From: Peribolospora baueri
Lineage: Eukaryota
Length of the DNA: 20,000 bases
Direction of reading: 5' to 3'
Assembly (NCBI GenBank): GCA_029717555.1
Contig: JAMDHS010000100.1
Location: forward strand, 51,024 to 71,023
Each line of letters begins with the position of its first letter. Position 1 is the first letter of the stretch. The notes beneath the pieces are model-generated. The model did no database searches. It worked only from the letters and a program-made list of their open reading frames with translations, and was not told the DNA's origin. Positions 1-11,928 of the stretch are shown in pieces. The position numbers were made by a program, and so were the translations under genes.

Positions 1-183
1 GATGGATGGCGAGAGGAAGGCGAGAAGAAAGGCGAGCGCGGGCCGCGATGGGAGACGAGGCGGGCGGCGTTAGGCGGAGATGACCCCGCGCGCTCCGCTC
101 TAACCCCACACCTCGTGCTGAGAACGCCGAGAAGAGGCCGACCAGAGACGGTCGTCAAACGACCAAGGCGGATAGGTACGTCG

Positions 184-3100
184 ATGGATGGACAAATGTC
201 GTCGACAATGGGCCCCTACCCCGCACCTTCTCACTCTCATCAACGCCACCACCATCCGCGCGACCCTGGCCCGTCGTCCATTCCGCCTCCGGCTCACGGC
301 TCGGTGCATGCCTGGCCAACGGGGCCGGGTGTCGCAGCTCGCGATCCAGGAGAGAGCGGCGTTGCCCCGGACATGAAGGGGGCATGTCTTTCATGTCGAA
401 AAGCCAAGGTGAGTATTGGCCGCCTAGGGAGGGGTAGGGGGCTAGGGGTAGCTATGGTTGCTATCTATGGTCCTCACTCAGCTTGCCGTGGCAACTTGTC
501 CAGGTGAAATGCCTCCTCATCGACCAAAGTCCTTGTGAGAGGTGCGAGAGGATGGAGAAGGACTGCGTTTTTCAACGGCACAAGCGAGGTCGCAAGCCGG
601 GGAAAATGTAAGATTTTCTGTTGTGAGGGCTTTTTTGCTCGCTCCCATTACTTTGTTGACCATAACTCTTACCCTTCTTCCCCGATCCGATGTCGCACAG
701 AATCGACCGACAGGTCGAGACGCGCATCAAGGCTCTCGTGGGCATCCTTGAAGAACTCAACAATCTTACCGCTAAAATGCACAAGTCCGATCCAGCTCTA
801 TCGCGCCTAGTCCACGGCATGGCCATGCAGATGGCAGCCTCCGATCGCTTTGCTGACTACTTGCCGTCATCTCTCGGCTCTCAAGTCGCATATTCTCCTT
901 CTACGTCTTCAACCCTGCCGTTGCTTGGACAGGCTTCCTCCCCATATAGACGCTCTCAGCCTGCTATCCTTGCACAAAGTCTACTCGAGATCGAGGACTC
1001 CCAGGCATCGTCGACAATACCTCACGCTGTTCAGACCTATTCAAATCCGCTGAAGCTTCTCGCACACGCCAGCGAGACAATGGATCGTGAGGGTTCCGAG
1101 GCCGTGGAGACCGTTGATTGGCTTGGAGGCGGAACAGATTGTGGACGTGGGACGGAGCACGACTTTGTCGGTGGCTCGTCTTCGTCAGGGCCGCGGGGGC
1201 GAGCACGAGGGGGAACGAAGACGAGTTACTTCAATCGTGGCGTGCTTTTTCCCGTGAGTGTCACCTTTCTTGACCGAAAATGGACATACCTGCCTGACAA
1301 TTACTGTTGCGGTTGAAAGGTTTATGACAACAACCCAGAACTTGATCCAATATCAAAGGGCCTCGTGACGGCGGAAAAAGCGGAGGAGCTATTGGAACTG
1401 TGAGTAGAGCTGGCATCAAACTCAACGCACATGTTCCGTCGCTAGGTCTTAGTCTCTTCTCAATCACATTTTATCTCAGCTTCTACAACCGCTTTCAACC
1501 ACACCTCCACATTTTCGACCGTCATCTATCCACTCTGACTTACATCCGACGGCGCTCGAACCTCCTCCTCACCGTGATCTGCGCTGTGACTACTCGCTTC
1601 AGCGATTCTCCGGAATCGGCAAAGTTCTCCGACAAGCTTTACGCCTATATGCATGATGTCCTTCTTCCGGATATATTCGCCGGATCGTACAGAAATGTGG
1701 AGGTCGCTCAGGCATTCATCATCCTGTGAGTATTTTTGAGCGTCAGCACTGGCCTTTGCCACCCTTAAGCCTCTCCGTTTGCTATGATCTTCCTTCCCTG
1801 TGATCCAGAACCGCCTATCATCCCATGGTAGACACCGCCATGGCTGACCAGACGTGGAGTTATCTGGGAGTTGCCAGTGAGCGATCCTTAGGGCGCGTTC
1901 TTTGCGGCTCTTTTCGTCCTGAATCTCATTCCCCTCTTCCTGCCCAGTGCGCATGTGCACCGAACTGGGATACAATCATAACTTGCACTCGTACACTGTG
2001 CCTTCCCATCAGAGGACAGATATCCACATGCGTCAGGTGCGAAATCAAGAGCGACTCTGGATCAGTCTGTTTGTGATTGAGAAAGAGTGAGTATGACTGT
2101 CCGAGCGCAGCGTTTTGGATGGAACAATTTGATTTAACAAGTGCGCAGACCTGTTCTGACCTTCTCTTTCGTCCGTAAATTTTTATTTGTCTTGAACAGC
2201 CTTTCCTCACAAAGAGGTCAACGTTTCATTATGGGCGAGGACGGGGTCATTGCGACATGCTCTTCTTGGCACAAGCAGCCGTATGCCCTTCCTGAGGACG
2301 AGTTTCTGATCGCGTCCTTGGAGTTGCGTCGTATCATGGTAAGACAAAGGCATTGATTGTCTCTATTTTGTCGCTCCGAGCTCGAAACATCTTGCTTCTT
2401 GTGAAATTTTGATGACACCCCCGGTGTTGCCAGACTCGACATTCCGATTACTTCAATGCGCACATCTTGCATTCTCTCGCTCTGCGCATCGATCGCGAAG
2501 CACCAGCGGAGGGCTCGTCCATGGGAGGAGCGACTGAACGTACGAAGCAGCTCGGGCTCCAGCTCGACTTTTTTCGCTCCGTCGTACATGCCGATCTGCA
2601 GCGGTGGAAGGAGGTTTGGCTTTTTGGGGCTGGGCAGCCCACGTACTCTGGTGAGAGGCCCCACTAATTTTTTGGACGGTCTGTCTGGCCAGTTTGGGAT
2701 GTTTACCAAATGCTTTTTTTAATCAGGCGACACCTTCCCGTATCAAGCGAAGGGCGAACTGTCATTTTGTTACGCCACTCTCCTGGCCCTAGCGCTACCT
2801 CTCCGGTCCCGCATGGACGATTCGTCGGACCACCTTACCCCAATCTATACTGGCTGCTACGTCGCTGTGGTTGAGTATTTGGCCGTCTTTCTTGACCGAC
2901 TCGACGGAGACGCTCTTCTGTATGCCCCGGGTGCACAAGTAGTCACCGCAGCGTATTGTGCCGTTTTCGCTTTAAAGGCGAGTTCCACTTTATCTCGCTT
3001 AAAGCAACCGCCATCCTTGACTCACTTTACCTTCGTCTTTGTATCCACAGTTCTGTTCGCTTCCCCAGGAGAAACGTACCTTCGTCTCGCCGGAGCAAGT

Positions 3101-3689
3101 GATATCTCTCGTATGCCGACTTGCACAAACCCTGACGGCCTGGAGCAACTACTTATGTCATCCAAGTGCTGCATCGACCTCGGGCAGTTTTGCTGAGCAT
3201 CTCCTTTCCGCCCTCGACGCGGTAATGACTTCAAAGGATCTCTCACCTTCGGGCAACCGTAGGGGTATATTTGCCCACCCGACGCAGATGACCTTTCAAG
3301 CCGAAGTCCTCCCATCCTCGGCTAGTAACCGTGCGAACGAGGCCCCTACCGTGGACATCGCGACGGGGACACGCTCGTCTTCGCCTTTGAAACAAGTCCC
3401 TGGGCCTCCGAAATTCGGTGCTACAACGTTTGGGTTGGCAGAATTAGGCCAACCGAATCCCGATGTTTGGGACTTCTCTCAAATAGGTCAGTCGGTTGTT
3501 TCGCGTGCTCTCTGTCTCGTCATGTCTAGGATTTACTCAAACCCATTGCTGCCCCCTTTCCATTCGTACCATATAGAGGTGGGAGAGGCACTCTTCGACC
3601 AGATGGCTGCTCTTTTCCCTTCGCTTGAGAGTAGTGTCAACGAAAGCAGTGCAGATTTTGTGCCCACGTTTAGAAGAGATGGGTTGTAG
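184..3689 (+). CDS. Fungal Zn(II)2Cys6 transcription factor with fungal TF middle-homology region (12 exons)
   Basis: Exons 184-408, 504-607, 701-1253, 1320-1399, 1480-1725, 1809-1876, 1948-2086, 2200-2338, 2434-2650, 2727-2977, 3051-3486, 3577-3689 join in frame. Splicing rebuilds the binuclear cluster CLSCRKAKVKCLLIDQSPCERCERMEKDC followed by KRGRKP. Middle-homology-like segments: DPISKGLV, LLLTVICAV, WSYLGVAMRMCTELG, RNQERLWISLFVIEK. The start ATG (184 vs 196/208) is not certain. Confidence 0.93.
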
Positions 3690-4066
3690 TTATATATCAT
3701 TCTGGTGTCCCTTCGGTCGGAGGGCCTGGTAGTCGTTCGATCATATAGCCGCATCGGAGGTTGGGCCTTCATGTGTTTTTTCAATGAACCTGGTTAACGC
3801 TTGATGGGCCATTGAAGTCAAAGTGAACGGACAACGCCGGCGTCCGACTCGAGAGAGGACCAGAGGGAAGATGGCACACATCCATTACGAAGTTCGTCGC
3901 CCCCCGTCGTGCTCGCCAGGCCTGACAGCCCCTCTCGCGCGTACCTTGCAATGCAGTCCGCAAGTGATCGGCGTTCATCTTAACCGCAGCAACGAACAAC
4001 ATCATTCGCAAGCAATGCCGTACGTGATACGAGACATTCACTACTAGGGTATCGTCTACAGTGTCC

Positions 4067-5763
4067 ATGGACGGCAACGACAAGACATCGGCGCCCCAGG
4101 CCATACCCATCACCGTCTTCACGTAAGGTTCCCTTCTCCTCTCTTGCCCTCGGGGAGCCGCAGTTGGAGGCTCACCTCCGCGACACCGCCGTACGTCGAC
4201 AACAGAGGATTCGTCGGCGCTGGCAAGACGACCCTCATCCTCAATCTCCTTCCTCAGTTGCCGTCTGACTATAGAGTGAACTGGTCTAGCTTTCAGACGT
4301 GGTGGCGTACATCAATTAACTTCTGGAATTGTCTGCGTTTCCCCTCACAGGTCTGCATTCTCAAGAATGAGCTTGGCGACGTTGAAATCGACAGCAAGCT
4401 CGCTCAACAGTCGTCAGTGGCCGGTGTCAGCGAGATTCTCAATGGCTGTCAGTACGCGTGTCTCTCGGCTTGGACAGCACTTTGTCTGTTGCCCTCCCTC
4501 ACATTTTGCATCATTCAATGAAGGTCTTTGCTGCACCCTAACTGGTCAGATGCGAGCTGGGATAGTAGGTATTACTTTTCTCCTTGATGGTTCCATGACG
4601 AGTTAATGAGCTGATTTCTCCGTGTGAAGATGGAAATCAAGGGGAAATATGCGCCAGATCGTATCCTTGTGGAAGCTTCCGGCTCGGCCTTTCCAGCGAC
4701 TTTGGCGCTGCAGATTAAGGAGCTGGAAAGGGACACGGCAGGCGCATTGCGGTTAGATGGAGTCATCACTGTCATTGACTGTGAGGTGAGACGTTTCCGC
4801 TAATCTCAGGAATAGGTTTTTTCTTCAAGCACATTTGACCGACATCTGTGCCAATCCAGAATTTTCGAGGTTACGAGGACACTTCGCCTACCGCCAAGAT
4901 GCAAGCGCGGTATACTGACCTCCTGCTTCTGAACAAGCACGAGAATGTGAGTGGATCGCGCTCGTCTCGGTCGCGGCCGTCCGGAATACTGATAGCAGAC
5001 GTCATCGCTTGGAAGCTTTCCGAACGCGCTCTAGATGTGGTGCTAGATCACGTCTTCGAACTCAACGAAGACACACCGAAACTGAAGACGAAGGCGGGCT
5101 CTGTCGAGCCGTCCGTCGTTTTTGGGCTCGACAGTGCGCTTCTTGACAAACTGAAAGGCGCTAGCAGCGAGGAAAGAGCCAAATTCGGTGTCGATGCTGG
5201 CACGCACAGCGATGAGATCGAGACAGTCAGCGTGTGGAAAGGAGGCTCAGCACCCGGACGCTCTAACCACCACCATGACCATGGATCGCTGGTTGATTGC
5301 TCGCAAGACGGAAAATGTGTAGACGGAGACCAACAAGGCGGCGAGCGTGGGGAATCCCTCTCATTCTCACCCGAACAGCTCATTGCGGCTTTGGACGCGC
5401 TCTCGACAGAGAGCGTATGGAGAGTGAAGGGCTTTGTCCGGTTATCTTCACCTCCGGCCATTGATGGCTATAACGCATCGTCTGCAACACCACTACCCTC
5501 AAATGTTGCTCTCTACAGTGAGTAAACGTGCCCCGTGGTGTCCCGCCTGTTATCCTTTTCCTGGCTCATCCCACTGACGGACTTATCTTTCCTCAGTCTG
5601 CAATTGGGCGTTCGGCCGACACAGCTTCACGCCTGTCGGTCAAGGTGTCCAGGCGGACATCCAGGACATCGGCCTGCGTCTGACGATGATGGGAGCGCGG
5701 GGAGAGCTCAAGTCCAAGGCGCGCAAATTCGCTCTGGCGCTGGGCGCCAATGTCAACTTCTAG
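4067..5763 (+). CDS. COG0523 / CobW-HypB-UreG (G3E) family P-loop GTPase, putative Zn metallochaperone (Zng1/CobW-like, 8 exons)
   Basis: Exons 4067-4122, 4206-4275, 4351-4447, 4524-4564, 4630-4785, 4860-4946, 5016-5517, 5597-5763. Motifs: IPITVFTGFVGAGKTT (Walker A), KNELGD, NGCLCC (CxCC metal site, formed across a splice), ILVEASG (Walker B/ExxG), LLLNKHE, His cluster HHHDH, and VWRVKGFV (CobW_C-like). Confidence 0.93.
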
Positions 5764-7335
5764 ATCCAAATCATTCCCGCTGTGGACGGGTACCTTAGAT
5801 AGAGAAATAGAAATAAAGGCGGAACTGTCGGGGCGGCCGTGCTCCTCTCGACCGCCTTCTTTGGACAATTACCATGGCTTCCCGATTGTGCGGGAGCATG
5901 CTCCTATCCTGTATGTGCGCATGGAGCCGGGAGAGATAATGAACTGAGCGCTGCACGTCTCACAAGTCTCCTTCCGGCTGTTGGTCCTTTCCGCTTCTTC
6001 CTCCGTGGTCTTTGCCGTTTCCCTCGCCGCTTCTCCAACTTCGACGTCGTCAACGCCACCTGGGAAAGCTCTGGACGATGGCGGTGTGGTTTTGGACTCA
6101 CCTGCTCAGGACGACAAGCGTGCAGCCAACGCACCTTTAATTTCGTCGTCATCAGAGCGATTTTCAATAGCGAAGGGAGGTCCTCAGGAGCCGGCATCCC
6201 GCTGGTCTCCAACGGGAGAACGTAGGGAGCCTGTCAATCACCGCCTCAGCATCTCCTGATACCCTCTCTCCGCTATCTCCTTTCCAGCGTCGTCATAAGC
6301 ATCGACCAACGCTACCAACGAGAGGGCTATGGGATCGGCGCACTTTGCCAACGGAGACGATGTCTATCGTGCTATTAAACATCGGGTCATGACGGGTATT
6401 GCTTTCTCACGTTTCCTAGAAGACAGGAGCCGTGTCTTCTTCTCCCCTCCTTTCTTCTTCCCGCCACACATCTCCCCTTCCTCCTGCTCTTGTCTCATCT
6501 CATGCCCTACCACTCATTCACCTTCATCTTTCCATGTCTTTGTCTTCTTCCACAGAAAAACAAATTGTATGGAATTAACAGGAAGACCGGCATGATGCCA
6601 TTCAGCACCACGTAGCGGTGCTGCGCACGCACGGGCAGCTTGACGCATTTTCAAGGCACCCAGTGAGTCTTGTGCAGCTTCATTTAGACCGGTACCCAAC
6701 CATTCATTCTGCTCACCGACGACCTTCTTTTTACCCTTCCAGGACTGTATGAGCTACAGAGATGACACCCGGGGGAGGAAGTGTATCGTCTTGAGGGAAA
6801 GAGGAAGACAGACAGTAAGTGCAGCCCCTTCTCCCCACTACGTGGTTACCCGTTATCTTCCGATATGGACAACACATTCATGACGTTGTCCACTTGCAAC
6901 TTTGTCTTACAGACTGGCATTGGTCCTATTCAAGACGGTACTTGTACCTTCCTTCCAATTACTTAAAGGGTTAACTAAGCATCGAGTCACGGTAAAATTG
7001 GAAGATGGGCGGGAACCGCGTTCAGTCGTGAGCGGCTTGAATTGGACAACAGGCCAGGGGGCCACCTGGTTTCTGGCTAAACTGGACCATGCTGTGCTTG
7101 ATCTGTAACCCCAGTCATGTGTGCTGAACCGTTGTTTAGTCCAGACGTCCTGCTCCTACGATTGTGACCTCAAGCGAAACTTGTACACGTGCGCGGAGGA
7201 AGGGTCGTCCCGGCAACGAATGCATCCTGTCACCGATTTTACAGAAAGTCTATTATGACCTTGTCGGGGTTGCAAAGGCCATCAAACGGGTGGTTATACT
7301 CGTATCTAACAGTCAACTCGACCCATTCCCCCATC

Positions 7336-10211
7336 CTATTCGTCCGCGAGTACGGCGAACGCGTTCGAGCCTCCCTGGGCGTCCAGCGCGACCTTGCCGC
7401 TGGTCCCGCCGCTTATCTTCTGGTTCTTCCTTTGTCGCTTCTTTTCCGACTTGCTCTCTCCCACGAAGATGGCCGATTCCAGATCCTCCTCCACCGCGCT
7501 GAGCACTTGCGCGTACTCCTCCTCGTCCACACCCACGTCGTACTGGCCAAACGGAGGCCGAGAGGCGCTACCCTGGCGTACGGCCGCTTCAAGAATAGAG
7601 TGAAAGATGCTGCCCTCATAGAAGACGTGAGAGGCAGGTAAGGGCGCAGGAGTGAGGAGGAGGCTTTCGGCGAGCTGGTGGGACGCATCAAGGACAAACT
7701 GAAAGGTCGTGGAGAGGTGGATCGCCCTTGACGTCGGCCCGGAGACGTTCGGAGATTCGGACGGAGAGAACATTGCCTGTCCGCGGGTTGCCTGTTTGCG
7801 CCAACGACACGCCACCAGGCCCGCCCTGACGGCAGCTCTCACTTCCTCGCGCCTCCACAAACGTGAACGCTTGACGCCCGCATTGATCATCTCTCCGCGA
7901 ATGATGTGTCGTAGAGAGGCGACCAGTGGAAGCAGAAAGGGTGAGACCGTCTCGAGGGCGACACGGGAGGATAAGGCGTGAAGGTAAATGGCGATCCGCG
8001 TAGACTCTGGCAGCGACGGCGCAGGCAAGCGTGTCGGTTGCATGAGAGCGAGGAGTTCTTCAGGAAGTTTTCCATATCCAGCCTCGGCAGCGCTGGCTGA
8101 TAGCATGTGCTCGAGAGGCACGATTAGCACCGGCTCAGACCGGAGTCGTTCGCCTTTTCTCACATACTCCACGACCATAGCGTCTGGCTTGTCCTCCTTC
8201 TCCTCCGCCTCGTCCTCGTGCACCGAAGATTCCGGCGTCGTGATGTCGGTAAGAGCGTCCAGGTCTTCGTCCACAGACGTCTGGCCATTCGGATCCTCTC
8301 CGTCGGAATCCTGCTCCCTGCAAGCATCTGGGCCGCGGGCCCAGCTCAGACCCCAGGCCGAAAAGACGACAGCGTACCACCACCGCCGAATATCCCTTGC
8401 CAGGGTGACGTTGTTGCTCTGTCTGTCGGGATCTTCGGGGAACACTTTGGGTAAGAAGATCCGATGAGCCATGACCTCGAGAAGGGTGGGATTCAGGCGT
8501 CCGCTCTTGTATGCTTCGAGGTAGAGTGCGAGAGCCTGGCGACGAGCGCAGAGCAATTCGGCCGGCGCCAAGACGATGACGCCGTTGCTCGACGACGAAC
8601 TGCTATTGATCTCGGTCTCCCAGGCAGCAAGGTCACCCTCGACCCCAGAGTCATTATGCGCTCCATCCGTCGCCATGCCCTCCACCCCTCCTTCTCCGAT
8701 CCAGAACTCGTCAAGTTCCTCGGTGCCCGAGAACGCCATGACGCGACTGTACGTGCAGACGCTATCGATGATATCCTGCACCACCTTGTCACGCTCTCCT
8801 GACACGATAAAGTCATGGTCACTCCCACCTCGCCCGTCCCCTCTTCGTCGTCCAGCAGAACGAGCGTTCGCAAGAAGAGCGTCCACAGAAAACTCGACCA
8901 TCTGCCGGACAGGGTCGAGTGCAGGCATGCCGGAGGCGGCGCTCCCCGCAACCGAATCACCGCGTGCAAACTTGCGCCACTCGTTTTGGATCGCGCGCGC
9001 GGCTTCATAGATCCTCTCACTGCTGGACATACCCTGGAAGTAGAGGTGGCCAAAGTCGAAATAGTCGTTGCCGACCAACGCCGCCAGCAGCGGAAGCAGG
9101 GATGCAGGGATGGAAAGATGGACGGCGAGGGCGTGGGCAGAGTATGCAGCGAGTCGGACACCAGACAGGCGAACCTCTGAGGAGAGCCTCGGCGGCGGCG
9201 TGCGCGAAGGGCGTGAAGAGAGTTGTGGGTCACGGCGTGGGTCCCATCGAGTCTTGCCCTTCTTTACCGTCTGAAACCCATCATCGTCGGCAGACGCCTC
9301 CGTGCCACCGTCCACGCCTGTCTCTTCGATCTCCCAGGCCAGCTCGTCAAGAGGGACGTACCCTTTTCCGTTCCTCCCTCTGGCGCAGAGAACGAAATAA
9401 TCTGAATCTTGGCTCACAGCGTACCCTCCTAAAGCTTCAGCAAGCGCTGCAACGCTCGAGTCGGCTTCGGTGGCGGCGAAGCGCACTTCCACGTTCGCAG
9501 ATGAATTTCGGGAGCAGGCGGCGGAACCGCAGTGATCCTCCACGGGCCCGTACAAAGAGTCGATGGGAGCATAGCAAGGTCGAAAATCGTCAAGCGCGGC
9601 CAGCGTCGCTTGATAAATCATGGGAGCGAGGAGGCCGATGTCGCGCTGAAACTTGCGCGAGGAGCGAAGTGAAGGCGAAGCGCGCATGAATGATGAGTTA
9701 TTGCCGACGAGGCGAGAGAGACGGGAGATGACGGTGGCATGCTTGAGAGGCGGAGTTGGACCGTCAAAGATAAAGATGGGGCGCAGACCGACAGCGCTGC
9801 AAGCATCGGTGGGTTAGAAGGAGAGAACTGACGTGAGCGGGTCGATGAAGCGGCCACGTATGTACTCACATCCATGAGGCCACGATGTCTTTCACGAGCT
9901 CCTCATATCGAGCGTAATCGCCTCCTTTGTGCCATTCACTGCAGAAGCCCATATAGACCTTCCGGTTCAAAGAAAGCCAAGACAGGCGATTATCAGCGAG
10001 GCCCGACAGACATTGGTCTCCTGTCAAAGGTCTATATGCCCACCCAAAAAATGAACGCCCATCCGTCGATCACCAGCGCCGTCCGTTGTCGCCCATCGCC
10101 GCCGGTCGCTCCCGTCACGCCGTCTTCGTTTGTCCAGAATGGAAGCAAGATATCAGTGGCGACGGTGCGCCTGATTCTGGTGGCGAAACCGCCCAGGCCC
10201 TTGACGCCCAT
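7336..10211 (-). CDS. PIN/XPG-like nuclease-fold protein of the Asteroid/FAM120-like family (3 exons, ~905 aa)
   Basis: Exons 10211-10044, 9958-9870, 9796-7336 are frame-consistent. N-terminal MGVKGL...LVIDG, then GGDY, IFIFDG, EADSSVA, QDSDYF and LLAALVGNDY are the acidic XPG-N/XPG-I/H3TH-like motifs. The C-terminus is basic (KKRQRK). Confidence 0.88.
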
Positions 10212-10520
10212 AGTCAGTGACAATGAGGAGCTTGGATTGCGATGCGACCAACGGCGTCAATCGGACGATCGACGAACGCCAAGCCCGCGTGAAGCCGTCT
10301 CTGGCCGCCGACAGGGCGAGAACGAACTCAGAGCCCGATCAGCGAAAACTCATCGGGAGTTCTTTATAAATGGGGGGACCTACGGCACATGACATGCGAG
10401 CCCTCTGGCCGGCAGCCAATGTCGAAGTTGGAATCGCAGTTGGACTTGGGTCTTTCAGCCACCAGCCAAGTTGAACAAAGAGATAGGCGGAAATTCCAGT
10501 CGAGATGGTTTCGTACATGT

Positions 10521-11625
10521 TCAAGCTTCGGAGCCACTCGCGCCACCTAAGAAATATCGTGTGCATGTCCATCTGCTCTTCTCGCCTCCTTCCACCATCT
10601 TGGCCGCCGACCGAATTGAGCCCTTGGCCAGTCTCTCGGCCCTCCTCTTCTCGAACAGCGCCCTGTACTTGTCGTATCCTTCCCTGAACGACTTGTCGAC
10701 GCGCCCTGAAAAGATGATCTCGCCCCTGGGGTTCGAGCTCGGCGGAGGGGGGGCGAGCGGTGCTCGTCGCGTGCCTGTTGGTGAGGAGCCTCGCGAGGAG
10801 GAGGGGTCCGACTGGGCTGGCGAGCGAGGCGGTGAAGCTGCGAGAGGCGACTGAGGTTGCGCAGAACGCGGATAGAAAAAGTGCCACAGTCGGGAGAGTC
10901 GAGAGGGTGGAGGGAGGACGCGAGTGTTGAGATGCATGTTGAACGGCCGTAATGCTCGATTGGCCTGGGGGACAAACCTGGAGCCCAACGAACAGGACGG
11001 AAGGTGAATCGGAGCGTCTTCCTCCGACGATGCATCGGGCTACTCACTTGTTTGCATAGACGACGCGTTCCGAGTACATGCCACTTGCAAAGAAGAGGAG
11101 CAAGCTGGTGACGCAGACGAGCAAGAGGCCAAGGTCGAGGTATTGCAAGTAGATGTACTTGGGTTAGATTGGATTGGGAAGGAGGTGGGTGTCATACATT
11201 GTCAGCGGCTATCTTCATATGGCGTTAGAGGGAGAAACTCACTTGGCTCCTGGCCATCAGCACCTTCCACGCAAACCAGACGATCGCAGCGCAAAGGCCC
11301 GCCAGGAAGACTTGGGAGTGGCGAGAAGAACCAACGAAAGAGAGAAGGGAACGAGATAGGAGAGATGACGGAAGGAATATCAGAAACGTCAGCTCGAGTC
11401 GAACCCCTCCAGAAAGACGCCGAGGAATATGGCGCAGGGAGCCCCAGACTTACGCTCATACTTCCTCTTCCTCTTCTGCAGCCTCTGGGCATTCTGCTTG
11501 AGCCGCTCCTCGAAGATGAGCAAGTCCCGGTATGTCTGCTGGTCCGCTGGGGGAGAGAAGGATTCTCCGGAAGAGGAGGAGCGATGGGAGAAGGGCGAGT
11601 GACCTCGCTTGGAACGAGGCGGCAT
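10521..11625 (-). CDS. SPO7: Spo7, regulatory subunit of the Nem1-Spo7 phosphatase (4 exons)
   Basis: Exons 11625-11454, 11310-11243, 11157-11048, 10977-10521. Signature TYRDLLIFEERLKQNAQRLQKRKRKYE, two hydrophobic segments, LFFASGMYSERVVYANKFVPQANRALRPFNM and FREGYDKYR. Confidence 0.92.
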
Positions 11626-11681
11626 TCGTGCGAGATGGAGGAGGGGATGGAGGACGGTCCGCGTGAGTCTATGGATTGCCG

Positions 11682-11731
11682 TGGCGATTAGCAGCCTTGT
11701 TATTGGCGATTAGCCCAGCTTGTTAATGGCG
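11682..11731. promoter_or_regulatory. Imperfect tandem repeat (22-23 bp, ~2.2 copies) in the divergent SPO7/RCY1 intergenic region
   Basis: TGGCGATTAGCAGCCTTGTTAT / TGGCGATTAGCCCAGCTTGTTAA / TGGCG lies within the ~300 bp between the two head-to-head start codons. The regulatory role is inferred. Confidence 0.45.
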
Positions 11732-11780
11732 CCGAGCCGCTGTCCGCACCCGCCGATCACGCCAAATACGCGGCGGCTAT

Positions 11781-11874
11781 GACGGACGACGGGCGACGGC
11801 GACAACAACAACAAGGACGACGACGACGGCGACGACGACGACCACGGCCACGACTACGACCACGACCGGCCGAC
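11781..11874 (+). repeat. Degenerate (GAC/CGA)n and (CAA)n trinucleotide microsatellite
   Basis: gacggacgacgggcgacggcgacaacaacaacaaggacgacgacgacggcgacgacgacgaccacggccacgactacgaccacgac. Confidence 0.85.
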
Positions 11875-11928
11875 AGATGCCTTCCCTCTTCCCGCCTTCC
11901 TAGTCAGGGCCCCTTCTTCGACGCCAGC

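Noticed and set aside
424..450. TAGGG(G) units as telomeric repeats
   Set aside because: Few, irregular and intronic; not a TTAGGG array.
6141..6155. Minus-strand CTGATGA-CGAC-GAAA resembling a hammerhead core
   Set aside because: No stem II pair, and no stem I or III with a UH cleavage site can be formed.
6106..6240. In-frame TGA codons as selenocysteine or readthrough recoding
   Set aside because: No redox motif or SECIS-like element was seen, and a TAG also interrupts the frame.
7164..9689. Numerous + strand and alternative-frame ORFs up to 256 aa
   Set aside because: Shadows of the long GC-rich Asteroid-like exon with no recognisable motifs.
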